NCBI GenBank assembly: GCA_013239625.1
Contig: MU053934.1
Location: 6,342,399 to 6,406,398, forward strand
Origin: Lama guanicoe
Taxonomy: Eukaryota
Direction: 5' to 3'
DNA: 64,000 bases
The translations under genes and the position numbers were made by a program. The notes beneath the pieces are model-generated. The model saw only the letters and a list, made by a program, of their open reading frames with translations. It did not search any database and was not told the origin of the DNA. Of the stretch, positions 12,700 through 25,660 are shown piece by piece (position 1 is the first letter of the stretch; every line of letters starts with the position of its first letter).

Positions 12700-13755
12700 A
12701 AAAATGAAATTAAGAAAATAATTCCATTTACAATAGCATCAAGAAATAAAATACATAGTAATAAATTTAACAAAAGAAATGCAAGGACTTGGTCACTGAA
12801 AATCACAAAACATTATTGAAAGAAATTAAAGAAGGCCTAAATAAATAAATAGACATCCTGTGTTCATGAATCTGAAGACTTAATAGCCAGTTATAAGATA
12901 AATAAGTTCTGGGGATATAATGTACAACATGATGACTATAGCTAACAATATTGTTTTGTGTATTTGAAAGTTGCTAAGAAAGTAGATCTTAAAAGTTCTC
13001 TTTGGCTGCTCTCCCTTTTGAGACACCCACACTGGGTCTATGGATTGTGTATCTCCCTGAATAAATCTTTCACTCTTAAAAAAATAAAATCTCATCACGA
13101 GGAAAAAACTTTTGTAACTCTGTGAAGTGATGGATGTTAATGAAACTTATTGTGGTAATCATTTCACAATATATACATTTATCAGATCATAATGTTGTAC
13201 ACCTTAAACTGTTATATGTCAATTATATCTCAATAAAACTGGGAAAAAATAAGACTTAATAGTGTTCAAATGGCAATACTCCCCAGATTAATCTATAGAT
13301 TCAACATAATCCTGATCAAAATCCCAGTTGCCTTCTTTTTTTTCTGTCCAGAAACAGACAATCTGATCCTAAAATCCTTATGGAAATACAAGGGACCCAA
13401 AATAGTAAAATAATCTTGAAGAAGAACAAAGTTGGAGGACTCACATTTCTTGATTTCAAACTTACTAAAAAGATTTAGTAATCAAGACAGTGTGGTTATG
13501 GTATAAGGATAGACATCTAGATCAATGGAATAGAACTGAGAGTCCAGAAATACACCCATGTATTTTTATAAGGATGCTGAGGCAGTTCAGTGAGAAAAAA
13601 TAGTCTTTTTAATAAATGGTGTTGGAACAGCTGGATATCCACATTCATCAGAATGAAGTTGGACCCTTACCTCATACCATACAAAAAAATTAACTAAAAA
13701 TGGATCAGAGATCCAAATGAAAGAGCTGAAACTATAAAATTCTTAGAATAACATA
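12700..13755 (+). mobile_element. LINE-1 ORF2 fragment with a nested L1 3' end (12887-13250)
   Basis: L1 ORF2 motifs (attccatttacaatagcatc, aagaacaaagttggaggactcaca, atcaatggaatagaa). The nested piece is flanked by TSD aagacttaatag at 12875-12886 and 13251-13262. Confidence 0.85.
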
Positions 13756-13978
13756 TTAAGGAATTTGAGCTTTGTTATATGTGCAACAGGAAGAGATAGG
13801 CTTTTGAGGATTAATAAATGATTCAGTACATCTGCCCTTTGCTTTCTCTGTGCCAGGCTCTATGCCAGGTGCACAGATTAATCTGCCACAGTCCCTGCCC
13901 TCAGGCAGCTCAAGTCTAGTGTGGGAAGTAGACACATGCTGATAATTACAACACACTGTGTTAAGTATCATTATAGAG

Positions 13979-14191
13979 CTGGGTTTCTCAGCCATGGCAC
14001 TATTAAAATTTTGCACAGCTTAACTCCTTTTTGTGGGAAGCTGTCCTGTGCATTGTAGGGTATTTAGTGAGATCCCTGCCTCTCTCCCACTGGATGCCAG
14101 TAGCACTTCCCCAACCAAGACAATCAAAAAAGTCTCTGGACATTTCTAAATGCCCCCTGGGGAGCAAAACCAACCACAGCTGAGGACTGCT
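13979..14191 (+). mobile_element. MER20-like hAT DNA transposon
   Basis: Matches recalled MER20 blocks (tttctcagccatggcactatt, ctgtcctgtgcattgtagg, gatgccagtagcac, aaatgccccctgggg). Confidence 0.8.
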
Positions 14192-14377
14192 GTTATAAGG
14201 TAAGCACAGTGAGGTTTTCTTTTATCTAGCAGGCGCTGGGATGAGCCAGTGAAGATATCCTGGTGCACTGAAAAGCCAGTGCATTTTTCCCAGTTATGTC
14301 TTGGCTGTTTGTTGGCGATTGGAGTCCTTTGGGTCCTCTGCAAAGTGTATTTAGCCCCTTTCTTTCTTTGCTTCCAG

Positions 14378-14653
14378 GCTGTGGTTGGCGCCATCAGAAA
14401 ATTCCTAGAGGGCTTCCCGGACCTGCACCTAATCTACACCCACCATCCCCTTCTGCTCAGGTTATTCCTGTTGTATCCAGAGCTGATGAGTAGGTTTGGG
14501 CACCGTGTCCTAGAACTTTGGTTCTCCTGGGAAGAGAGCAGCTATGAAGAGCTCGAAGATACCCCCTCTGCTGGGCAGCCCACCCTTCCTGCCAGCTTAG
14601 CAGCTCTGTTTCATGTGCTCAGAAGCAGCCCCAGCATCCTACTCATTTTGCTA
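14378..14653 (+). CDS. MEI1: MEI1 coding exon ([12 protein letters not shown]...SPSILLILL)
   Basis: TTCCAG acceptor and CTA|GTAGGT donor. 276 nt keeps the frame into DLIYSSP of the next exon. Confidence 0.9.
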
Positions 14654-17428
14654 GTAGGTGACCACTTGCTCATTTCTACATTCAGAGATGGTGGGCCCGC
14701 TCTCTCTGGGAGCTGGTTTACTGAGGCGAGGCACCCACCTCTGGACTTATCACTGTTCTTATGTGAGTAGGGGTCCTTTAGGCTGGCAGGTGCCTGGTTT
14801 CTGTAAATCTATACCCTTTCCTAAGTCTGATGGAGGTCTTCTCACTAAGAGATATGTACCTCTGTAGTCCTCAGGGAATATAACTATGAAATGCTGACCT
14901 CACTCACCATTCCTTCTCACGTCCCTGTCTTCTCTTAAGTAGATTTTGCTCACAAAGATTTGATGTCAAAGGGGACCCCTGGGGCATCTAGATGAAGATG
15001 TCTGATTGCAGAGGGACTCAGCCTCTTTCCTGTCATAATGTTACATGTGCAGCACACTCCCTTGGGCATACCCAGAATTTTTTTTATGTTGTAAATTTAT
15101 TGCATATTCCAATTTTTTTTATGAGGAAAGACATTCCTATAATTTCTATCAGGTCCATCATTTATATAAGTAGGCTGCTGCTTGTCTGCAGTTTCTAACA
15201 AACTGTCTTTAATTTTGTCTCTTTTCCTCTCATTATTATTTATATATTTACACATTTGACAATTTGTATTTAGTGACTGATTACGAGTGGCGGGTCTCAA
15301 ACTGATTGAGCACACTAGCATATGAGACAATTGATTTAGAACCCCTGCCTTCAATGCTGGTTCACTTACTTAGCCCCTCCCTAGTCCAGGAAGAATGACA
15401 CAGCCCTTTAGAGAAGAGTAGGTATTCCCTTGATATTCTTATCATCAATAAACATGACTCCCTGACTTCACTGAAGTAACTGCGGTCACCTGCATATTAT
15501 ATATCTCACATCCTTAGGTACCTACTTCTGTCCGTATTCACACTCACATGCACACATGCCTCACTCAGACTTAAACCTTCACCTTCCATTCCTGAGATCT
15601 GTCATCTTGTAAAATCACATACATTTTGGCTTGATAGGGGCCACATTCTTGCTTTGGCTCAAATTCATCCTTGTAGAAGGAGTAATGGAGAAGAAGGAGT
15701 GGGTTAAAAATTAAGCATTAGTGCACAGGGAAGGAAGGCAAGATGGGACGCCAGGCAGAGTAGCAAGGGACAAAGCTAAGATACTGGATTTCCCTTGCCA
15801 GATAAAGTTTTCAGAATCAGTTCGTCACACACAATAAGTACTTATAAATATTTGCTGACCTATTGAATTAGGGGTCTGGACAGATCTAAGTCTCTCAAAA
15901 AAAAAAAAGAATTCAGATCTTCTAAGAAAGATATTAATGATGATATCTAATTTTTTCTTTTTAAATAGGTGAAGAAATAGATTTAGAGAGATTTATCCAA
16001 GGTCACAAGAGTTGAGATTAAAACCCAGATTTTGACTCCCTGTCTAATGTTCTTTCCAGTAAACCTAGCTAACTCTCAAAACAAGAGAGAAACCAACCCT
16101 GATTCAATGTTTCATTTAATGGGAGAGCTGTTTGAGCACTGGGGATACCGGGAAGAATTAGAGCTAGTCCCTGTCCCATGGGCCTGTGAGGGACTCAGAC
16201 ACAACAAACCAGTAGCACCTGAAAATGAAGACTTATCTGAGCATTGGTTTCCTTACATGTAAAATGGAGATAATATGGGGACAAATGAAAGAGTATGTAG
16301 GAACCCTCAGTATGCTATGCAGGGTAGACTGTCATTCACTGATTATTGACTAACTCTGAACCAGATAAAGTTTGTTAATCTCAGAGAGGTTTATTGAATT
16401 GCCCATGGTCATATAACTATAAAGATCGTGACTATGACTGGAGCCTAATTTAATGAATTTTTCGCTAAATTAAATCCTAGAAACATCAGTGGTAAAAAAG
16501 AATAGATAGGAGGAACTTTGTTTTCTGTTCATGTATATAATTCCTACCATTTCTCCCCAGCTTCTAGCCACAAGAAGGGACAAAGAGTCTAAAAATATGT
16601 GTTGATACCAATTTCTGTCTTTGAGATGGATAAATAATAGCTGAAAACAAAGCTGTTAATCGCCACTCTTATCAATGGATGGCCTTTCATGTGAGTTGTT
16701 TAGATGTGAAAAACAATGATATCACAGAAGCTCTGTTTGCTCCATGCTTGGTCATGTCACTGTGGTCGGTCCAGTCCCAGAGAGTTCTGGGCAGCTGTGA
16801 GCAGGAGAGACTCCAGTGTGGGCCATGCTCTACCCAGAGCCTTCCCACTGACCCATATGGTGAGGTGTACACCTTCCCCTGGCATTTACCATGACCACCA
16901 AATGCTAAGTAGCCCCCTTATTTTTGGACTTTTAAAATTTACTAACTCAGGTTTCTAAAGGACCAGCTCTGGCAGTCAAGCAGCCATGTGCCAGCAAAGG
17001 AGCAGGACTGGTTTGGCCTTGGACCCTGTGACCTTGAGCAAATCACACCTCATCTGGGCTTTAGCTTCATGCTCTGTAAAGTAAAAAGATTGATGGAAAT
17101 GAACTGAGATTCCCTCTAGCTTCCCATTCTGTGATTCTCTCCTTCCAGAGATGTTTTCTGAGTCCCCGCAAGGTGACAGAGATGAAGCCAATCTCATCCC
17201 TGCCATTCATTAACTCATAATGTAGTAGAATTTACAATGCCACTGCTTTCTTGAGAAGCAAACTACTTAATCTGTCCCAGTTTCCTCACTTGAAAAAATC
17301 GGGGTGACACCTACCTGGAAGAGTTATTATGAAGAAACAGATAATGTATAAACAAACATATAGCTACAGTTTAAACATAATACAGTACCTGATATTATTA
17401 GATCCTAATTGAGTGACTGCTACGGTAA

Positions 17429-17818
17429 TGTCAACAAAAAATAATCCATAGTCAGTCAAAGAAATGGAAAATTTTGTTTGAGCCAACCTGAAGATTATAA
17501 CCTGGATATAGTCTTTCAGAAAGCTCTGAGGACTATAACACCCTTTAGAAGTCAAAGCACAGTGATATGTTTTTGAGACATCAAATGACGTGTTATTGAG
17601 TATTTACACAATCCAGATCTAAATGTGCAATATAAGTAGAGGGTCATGGGTCATCATGGCCCCTTACTAGATGAAGAAGGAGTTATCTCCTAAGGAGGTC
17701 TGGTTAACGCAGATGCCTAATATATACTAAATGAGGCAGGAGGCCCAAACGGGCAAAGAAGAATTTTATGTTAAAATTGTTCTCATCTTACCATCAAATA
17801 TGAATTATTTTATCAATA
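17429..17818 (-). mobile_element. Probable solo LTR (ERV1-like)
   Basis: About 390 bp bounded by decayed tgtcaa...tcaata termini. Resembles recalled artiodactyl LTR antisense sequence, family not verified. Confidence 0.5.
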
Positions 17819-18688
17819 TTATAATTGTTTCTCTGGCAGCTATGGAGGTTTATGAAGAACCCAGCCCAGATATCCCTGTGCTACCCAGTGATCAACACAT
17901 CTAGATTTGTCTGGCTGGGTGCCCTGTAAACATGTCTCTCTGTGTGTCAGAAATTGTCCTGCCTGAAAAGGAGTCTGTGTGTGACCTTGATTTCATGGCA
18001 CCCTGCCCTAACTGGTCCAGCATGTTAACCTGTCCAAAGGAATTGGCTTGTTTGAGCTGGAAGGTGCCAGGAGCGATCAGTGGGGTAGCCTCTGGTGTGG
18101 CTTCTGCTGGCTTTGCCTTTAACATATACTCATTAAAATAACTCTGAAAGCAAACAAAAAACAATGATCTTGCCACCTTCTGAAAGCAAAGCCTTAAAGC
18201 TTGGGGCAGAAATAGCCAGATGCCATGGCAGAAAAGGAGTCTGACCTCATCCTTGCTTCCCTTCCTGTGCCCTGAATCTGTCCTAATCCATCCTCTCCCT
18301 GCCCTGTGATATCTCCATCCCCCCTTCCTCTCCTTTAAGGCACACTTTAAGGTCCCCTGTTCTGAAATACCCTCATCTTGACCCTAATACTTCTATTTGC
18401 AAGTGAGAGGCATCCTGGGAAGTAGAAAGAGCTTTGGACTTGGAGTTAGGAGACCTGCATTAAAATCCTTCCTGCGCCACTTACTAGCGTATATGAACTT
18501 TGCACATTACATAATCTTTCCGAGTCTCTATTTTCTTGTGTTTAGTATAGACTTATTTGACAGAATGGTGCATAGTAAGTGCTGAATGAGTGCTTCCTTC
18601 CTTAGGCTCTGTGACACCATCATTTAGGGCCCTTTCCCAGCCCTTTTCCTCATCACTGTCCATCTGTCCCAACCATAATGCCCTCTGA

Positions 18689-18961
<273 letters not shown>

Positions 18962-19940
18962 TAGGAGAGAGAATCAAAGTTTTCTCTGCAAAAGAAAAGT
19001 CAGGCCAGTGTGACATCAAACTAAAATTTATTTCCTTTGTCTCATTGGAGAGTGGGTGCTGAAAATATTTGGTTTGGGGTGTGTGGTGTGAGTGTGCTTG
19101 TGTTTAATGTCTCTGTGTGTTTAGCATGGGTGGGTGTGTTTAATGTATGCGTGTCCCCACGCTGTGCAGCATGTGCTCAGAGCTGTTTGTCACAAGAACA
19201 GCAGCCCCAGTTGAAAAATAGAAAGCAGGAAATGCTGGGGAGGCAACAGCAGCCAGCAGGGGTTGGGGAGGGGGTGGATCTGTGATGTATTGGAAGCTCC
19301 TGGTGAAATCCATAAGGATGGTTTCCAAATCTGGAATTAGACTTCCTGGAGTCAAGGAAGCTTGATATTTGGTACAGTATGCAGACACTGAAAGGTTGGG
19401 AATGGTTTGTTTTTTCCTATTTTTAGGAAGTTGTACTTTTAAATTTCTAAGTAATCAAAAGGAAGTGGAAAGAGAGCTGTGGCTCACTTGGTCCAGTCCT
19501 GACTGAGGATGGGGGTATGTGTAAGGGTATCTGGTGGAGCTGAGTACTTCCTTTTCAGGGAAGGATAAGCCACAACTAACTGATAATAGTATTTAAGAGC
19601 CATGAGATTTCTTGGAAACATACAGTGGAAAGACCATGGGCATTGGATTCAGATTTGAGTTCAAATCCTGGCCCTGCCACTTACTTGTTGTGGGACCTTG
19701 GAGATATCAGTCAGTCTCCCTGGGCCTCAGTTTTCTTAACCACAAAATAGGAGTAACAATCCCCGCTTCACATGACTTTTAAGAAGATTAAGTGAAATAA
19801 TGAATTCCTGGTTACCCAACGCAGAGTTGGCACTCAGTACATCAGTTGTCCCTCTCCCAAATGAAGGAGAAGAAGACAGGGAGTAGGGGTACATCCCAGC
19901 AAACCATTTACATCTGGGTGGGGTGTCTGTCTGACCTTAG

Positions 19941-20207
<267 letters not shown>

Positions 20208-21764
20208 TAGTGAGTTAGTATGTTCCTGTGGGTTTCTTGATAAGGGACCTTCCAGATCTTTCTGTGCTTGTTCTCTGGAAATGTTTGGGAAACTAAAAAA
20301 AGAAAAAAAAGTCACTGTGTGACAAGCTCCAGGAGTGCTGGATTTCTTCTCATTTTAGTCACTAGCTGTGTGACATTGGGCAATTACCTAGCCTCTATGA
20401 TCCTTTGGTTCTCATAGGTAAAATAATAGTGTGTACCTGATTTAGAGTTTATGTAAGGAGCAGCTATAGACGTAGAATGCCAGAGTGCTTGGCACCTATT
20501 AGGCCTTCAATGGATACAGTCCGTGTAGATTCACTTTTCCTGGCACAAGCTCAGTTCTCCACCTTACCCCACAGCTGACTCAAGATCTGATGATCCAGTT
20601 TGCAGTTCTCTAGCCCTCCTTTCACACCTCAGTAGGACCTTTTATTGCTCATTAATGCAGTCACCAGTTCATAGGCAGCACCCTCAGGGAGATTTGTTGA
20701 GGAAAGCTTGAAGTTAATAGGAAAAATAGTTGTGTCTTCAGTACCTGTGGACTGTCAGGTCCTGTGGCCACAGGTGAGGATGGTTTTTTTCCCTGCCTGG
20801 AACCCAGGCTTTCTCATGAGAAGATCAGTGTCAGACTTAAAAAGGGTCTCCAGGCCTGGCCTAGTACTGGTCTTCACCAGCCTATCAGGCCAAGGGTGAC
20901 AGCTGGGAGGAAGGTCTGTATGTGACAAAAACAGTCATCAAAAGGGCCTCTGACAGGGAGGAATAACGGGCTGAAACATACATGAAATGTAATATAACCC
21001 TTTAATACTTTTACTTAGGAGCACTGGGGGCAGAGGACTATAGTTCAGGGATGAGGGTATGGTGGGGGTCTGCTTGTCTGGTTGACCACAAGCCAAGTAA
21101 AGTGTGATGTGGCTGCCAAAATAAGGGAATGAAGACTTAGGGAGGTTTCATATCTGTGGGGTGGGGGTGGGGGAGCAAGGAGCCGTCGTTCCCAGGAGGA
21201 AAGAGATGTGTTCTATAGACGTCTACTCTACAGTGTAGTAACTATAATGACGAAGGCTAGGGGAGCTTGAAGGGGCATTTAATCTTGCCTTGAGGGATTA
21301 AGGAAGGCTTCATGAGGGGGGTGAACTTTGAGCTGAATCTTGATTGCTGAATAGGAGATAAGGGGTTAGCCAAGTGGAGGTGATATGAGAGACAGAATAT
21401 GGCAAATTCAGGGAACTGCATGTTGATGGTTACAGAGCTCCCCTGGGAAGGTGGTGAGTGCCCTGTTGCTGGAAGAATTCAGAGACTGGATCTTCTTTCT
21501 GTTAAGGGTGGTAGGTTGGCCTACATGACCTGGAGAGACTCTCCAGGCTGGAGTCTGTACTGGCACAAGTGCTGTCACAGGATGCCTTTTGACCACCTAA
21601 ACTTGTGCAGCCTGTTCTAATGTGCAGTTGTGGGCTGCTTGCCTGATGTCTGTTCAGATGGAAGGTATGAACATGCCTTCTCATTTGTCACTGTATTTCT
21701 TTCCATTGGTAATATCAGGAACAATTAGTTTGTGCTTGGTCCCAAGACTGACATCTGAAATTAG

Positions 21765-22022
<258 letters not shown>

Positions 22023-22298
22023 TAGTGTCTGTGGCCCTCGCTGCCCTCAGTTTTTCCTTCTTAAAAAAATAAATAAGGGGGTTTGTGGCTGGACTGGTTG
22101 GTCATAAGGTCTTTCTGGTTCTGATAACCTGTGGTTCTGAAATGAAGCTGGGATCCTTGGAGCCTCAAGCTCATCCTTTTGCTTATTTACTGTGTGTGTG
22201 TGAAGCACCCATCAGGTGCTAACTAAGCACCATGGTGGCACTGAGCTGGAGGTTCTGTATTAACTCATGTGTCCTCTGCCCTGCCGAACCCTCTACAG

Positions 22299-22459
22299 CT
22301 GCTGCAGTGCTCCTGAGCAGCATGACCCTGATGGAGCTTCTGGAGAAGATGCTGGCACTCACCTGGGTCAAGGCTGGCTCTCCTGGGACTGCGCTTCTCT
22401 GCTCTGCCTGGCTGCTCACTGCCTCCTGCTCTGCCCAGCAGCACAATGGCAGTCTGCAG
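22299..22459 (+). CDS. MEI1: MEI1 coding exon ([17 protein letters not shown]...NGSLQ)
   Basis: TACAG acceptor and CAG|GTTTGT donor. 161 nt. Confidence 0.92.
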
Positions 22460-24583
22460 GTTTGTCTCCGACTCCTGTGGCTTTGGGGCATGAGTGGCAA
22501 AGGAGTGATAAAGATCCTGAGTTCTGGTCCCAGCTGTGGCTTATTAGCTGTGTAACCTTGGCAAGGTATTTAACTCTCTGAGCTTCAATTTCCTTGCCTA
22601 CAAAACAGGGGAAAATATGCAGAGCTATTGTCAAGTTAGTTTACATTAATCAGTGTACCCCACATTTGGGGAACTTGTGTTGTAGTCTTTAAGCAAAGCC
22701 TTGAAAGGAAAATAAGACTGTACCAGGCAAAGATAGTGGGGAAAGGCATTCTAGGCAAAGAAACTGATATGAGCAAAGGCCTGAAGCTGCACAAACTTAA
22801 GATGTGGTATATACGTTTGAAGAGTGTTGAAGTACTGACTGCATGGCAGAGTGTGAGGAGTGGACTGTCAGACTGGGCAGGAGGCAGAATCCAGCCTGTG
22901 ATCTTGAAGTGGTGGGTGGCAAGCTCTGGAGTGCCATACATGTGTAAGCTGTTATTGTGATTGTTCTAGAAGGTGATGCAGGGAACAGGAGAGCCATGCA
23001 CATATCTACAGAGCACTTCGTTTCCTCTCAGCCCCTCCTCCTTGTACGACTTTGTCCTCCTATTGCCCTGCGTGAGCTCCTCTGGGGGCTGCTTCCTTCT
23101 TCAGGTGTGTCCTCCCTAAGTCTGGCTGCTCCTAGTAGACAGAAACCATCTTCTAGCCTTTGAGGTATCCTTGCACTGTAGAGCCAGGCACACACCCATT
23201 TGTGTAGAAGTGAAATCAGTTTTAAAGTTTGGCCTTAAGGGTGGGCAGCTAGCTGTGGCAGATCTATGCTATAATATCTCCTCAGGTAGTCGCCAATGGG
23301 GTCGATTTGGGACAGGAATCTTTCCTGCTTTTCTATGGGAGAGTGTTGGGCCCATCGATACTCCTGCATCCACCTGTCTGGGTGGAAGCCTGCACCTTGT
23401 CCTTGACTCTACTCTGGTCCTCAACCCACACCGAGCTAATAACCAAACTACCTCTACTCTAAGTCCTCCTCTCCCCCTAGTTCAGGTCTGATCATTCATC
23501 TTCACCACTAATGTGGCCTGTTCACAATCTCCTGGCCTCCAGCTCCCCCTTCCTCCACCTCTCCTATCCCCATGGCCACAGTCTGTCCACACTGCCTCTC
23601 TGCCCACAATCCTTCAGCAGCCTTTTTGTTCTCTTCATGGTTGCTGAGACCCTGCTTATAGGCCCCTGTGCAGCCTTACTTTCTGCCATTCCACCCTCCT
23701 TCCCTGTCTTTTGACCAAGTGTTTGCTCTTCTCCCAGTCAGCTATGCTCTTTCACATCTCCATACCTTTTTTTCTTCGTTTTTGGTTGATTTGTAATAGC
23801 CTTCATTTTTAGGACAGTTTTAGATTTACAGAAAAATTGAGCAGAGCTCCCACATAACCTCATACACAACTTCCTCTATTAACATCTTACATATATCTCC
23901 ATACCTTTGTACAAGTTGGTTCTTCTGCCTGGAACATGCTGATTCCACCTGTCAACAAGTATTTTTGAGAAATTGCTTTGTGCCAAAATATGACAGATCC
24001 AAGCAGAGAACCTGCCTTTAGGCAGCTTGTGTTCCTGATAAGGAAAGCAGAGCAGACTCACAGCTTTGAACCTGCAATGCCAACTAACCCCTCAGTTTGG
24101 TCATTGCTTTGACATTAAGGAGCACGTTCACAATGCTGATCCTCAACTATTCTTTACAATAGCTGTGGGGGGAGTAAAAGCAGGTGGCATTCATAGATGA
24201 TGGAAGTCAGGTGGGCCGAGAGAGGTGCAGTGCAGTGACTTGCCCACAGTCACATAGCTGGCAAGTGGCAGAGCCAGGGTTTTTATTCTGAGCTGTTGAC
24301 TCCAGGTCTGAGTTAGGTGGATGGTGGGCTGAGGTGGAGACTGACCCACAGATGAGGCCAGAAAAGACTCCCTGGTGCAGGAACTCTCAGGATGGGGGAA
24401 ATTTGGGAGAAGCAAGGTTCTCCAGGTATGGGCTTTATTTTCCTGTTCAAGCTCCTGAATCCAGGTCTGGTGAGACACAATACTCTGTGTAGCCTCCTCT
24501 GTCCTTCTGGATGCAGGGTGTATGTGTCAGGGTAGAAGAACTAATGTGGCAGGTTATTTTCTGCCCAAGCTCCCAGAATGTGA

Positions 24584-24724
<141 letters not shown>

Positions 24725-24881
24725 TAAAAACCCTGCCCCTAGATTCTGAGATGGGACCATCCCACCCAGACTAGCCTATGGTCACCCCATTATTATATTC
24801 ATTGTCTTCCCTCTGTGACAGAGCTGGGTGGGAGGTGGGGAAGGAGACAGGAACTGAGTCTAAGGAGTTTCCTACTTTCAG

Positions 24882-25057
24882 CTGCCATCTTACGCTTCCT
24901 GCGGACAGCCCTGCAACAAAGCTTTTCCTCTGCCCTGGTGGCCCTAGTACCCTCAGAGGCCCAGCCACAGCCAGCCCCTGAGGACACTGTCCTAGCTCCA
25001 CTGAGAGCATCACAAGTTCTGTCCCTGGTCATCGGACTGCAGAACCTCCTGGTGCAG
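24882..25057 (+). CDS. MEI1: MEI1 coding exon ([11 protein letters not shown]...GLQNLLVQ)
   Basis: TTCAG acceptor and CAG|GTAAGG donor. 176 nt. Confidence 0.93.
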
Positions 25058-25177
25058 GTAAGGCTCTTGCTGAGTGGACTCTGGCAGTGAGCCTGGTTCT
25101 CCCAGGGTGACGGCAGGAAGGGGTGGCTGCCTGTCAAGAGCCTGGTATTTCCACCAAGGCCTGGAGAGTGGATTGAT

Positions 25178-25660
25178 TGGTTTTAAAGTTACAGTGACAG
25201 AAATGAAACTTAAATTGGTTCATAACTGAGAAGTTCAGGGGTCAGTACTGGCTTTAGGCACAGCTGGATCCCGGAGGCTCAGGCAGTGTCATCACAACTC
25301 TGTCTCCATCTCTTGTCTCTGAATTTCTCTCTGTCAGCTTTATTCTTATGGAATGGTAGGATGACCAACAGCAGCTCCTGGCTTATATCCTTCCAGCAGA
25401 AAGCAAGCTTCTCCTTCCTAGTACTCTCCAGAATTGAGTCTCATTAGCTTTGCTTGGTCATGTACCAATCACTATGCCCGAGACATGGGATGCTCTAACT
25501 GGCCTGGCTTGGGTCAGTGCCCTCTCCTGGAGGCTGGGGCATATGATCAGCTCTCCATAACTCACATGGACTGAATGTAAGAGAGGAATGGTTCTGCAAA
25601 AGAAAACTCAGAAGAAGGAGGAATGGATCCTGGACAAGCAAAAACAGTAGATGCCCACCT
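25178..25660 (-). mobile_element. MLT1-type (ERVL-MaLR) LTR remnant
   Basis: Recalled MLT1 motifs (ggcacagctggatcc..ggctca, gagtctcattagct, ccaatcactatg, ggatgctctaactggcctggc). Confidence 0.6.
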
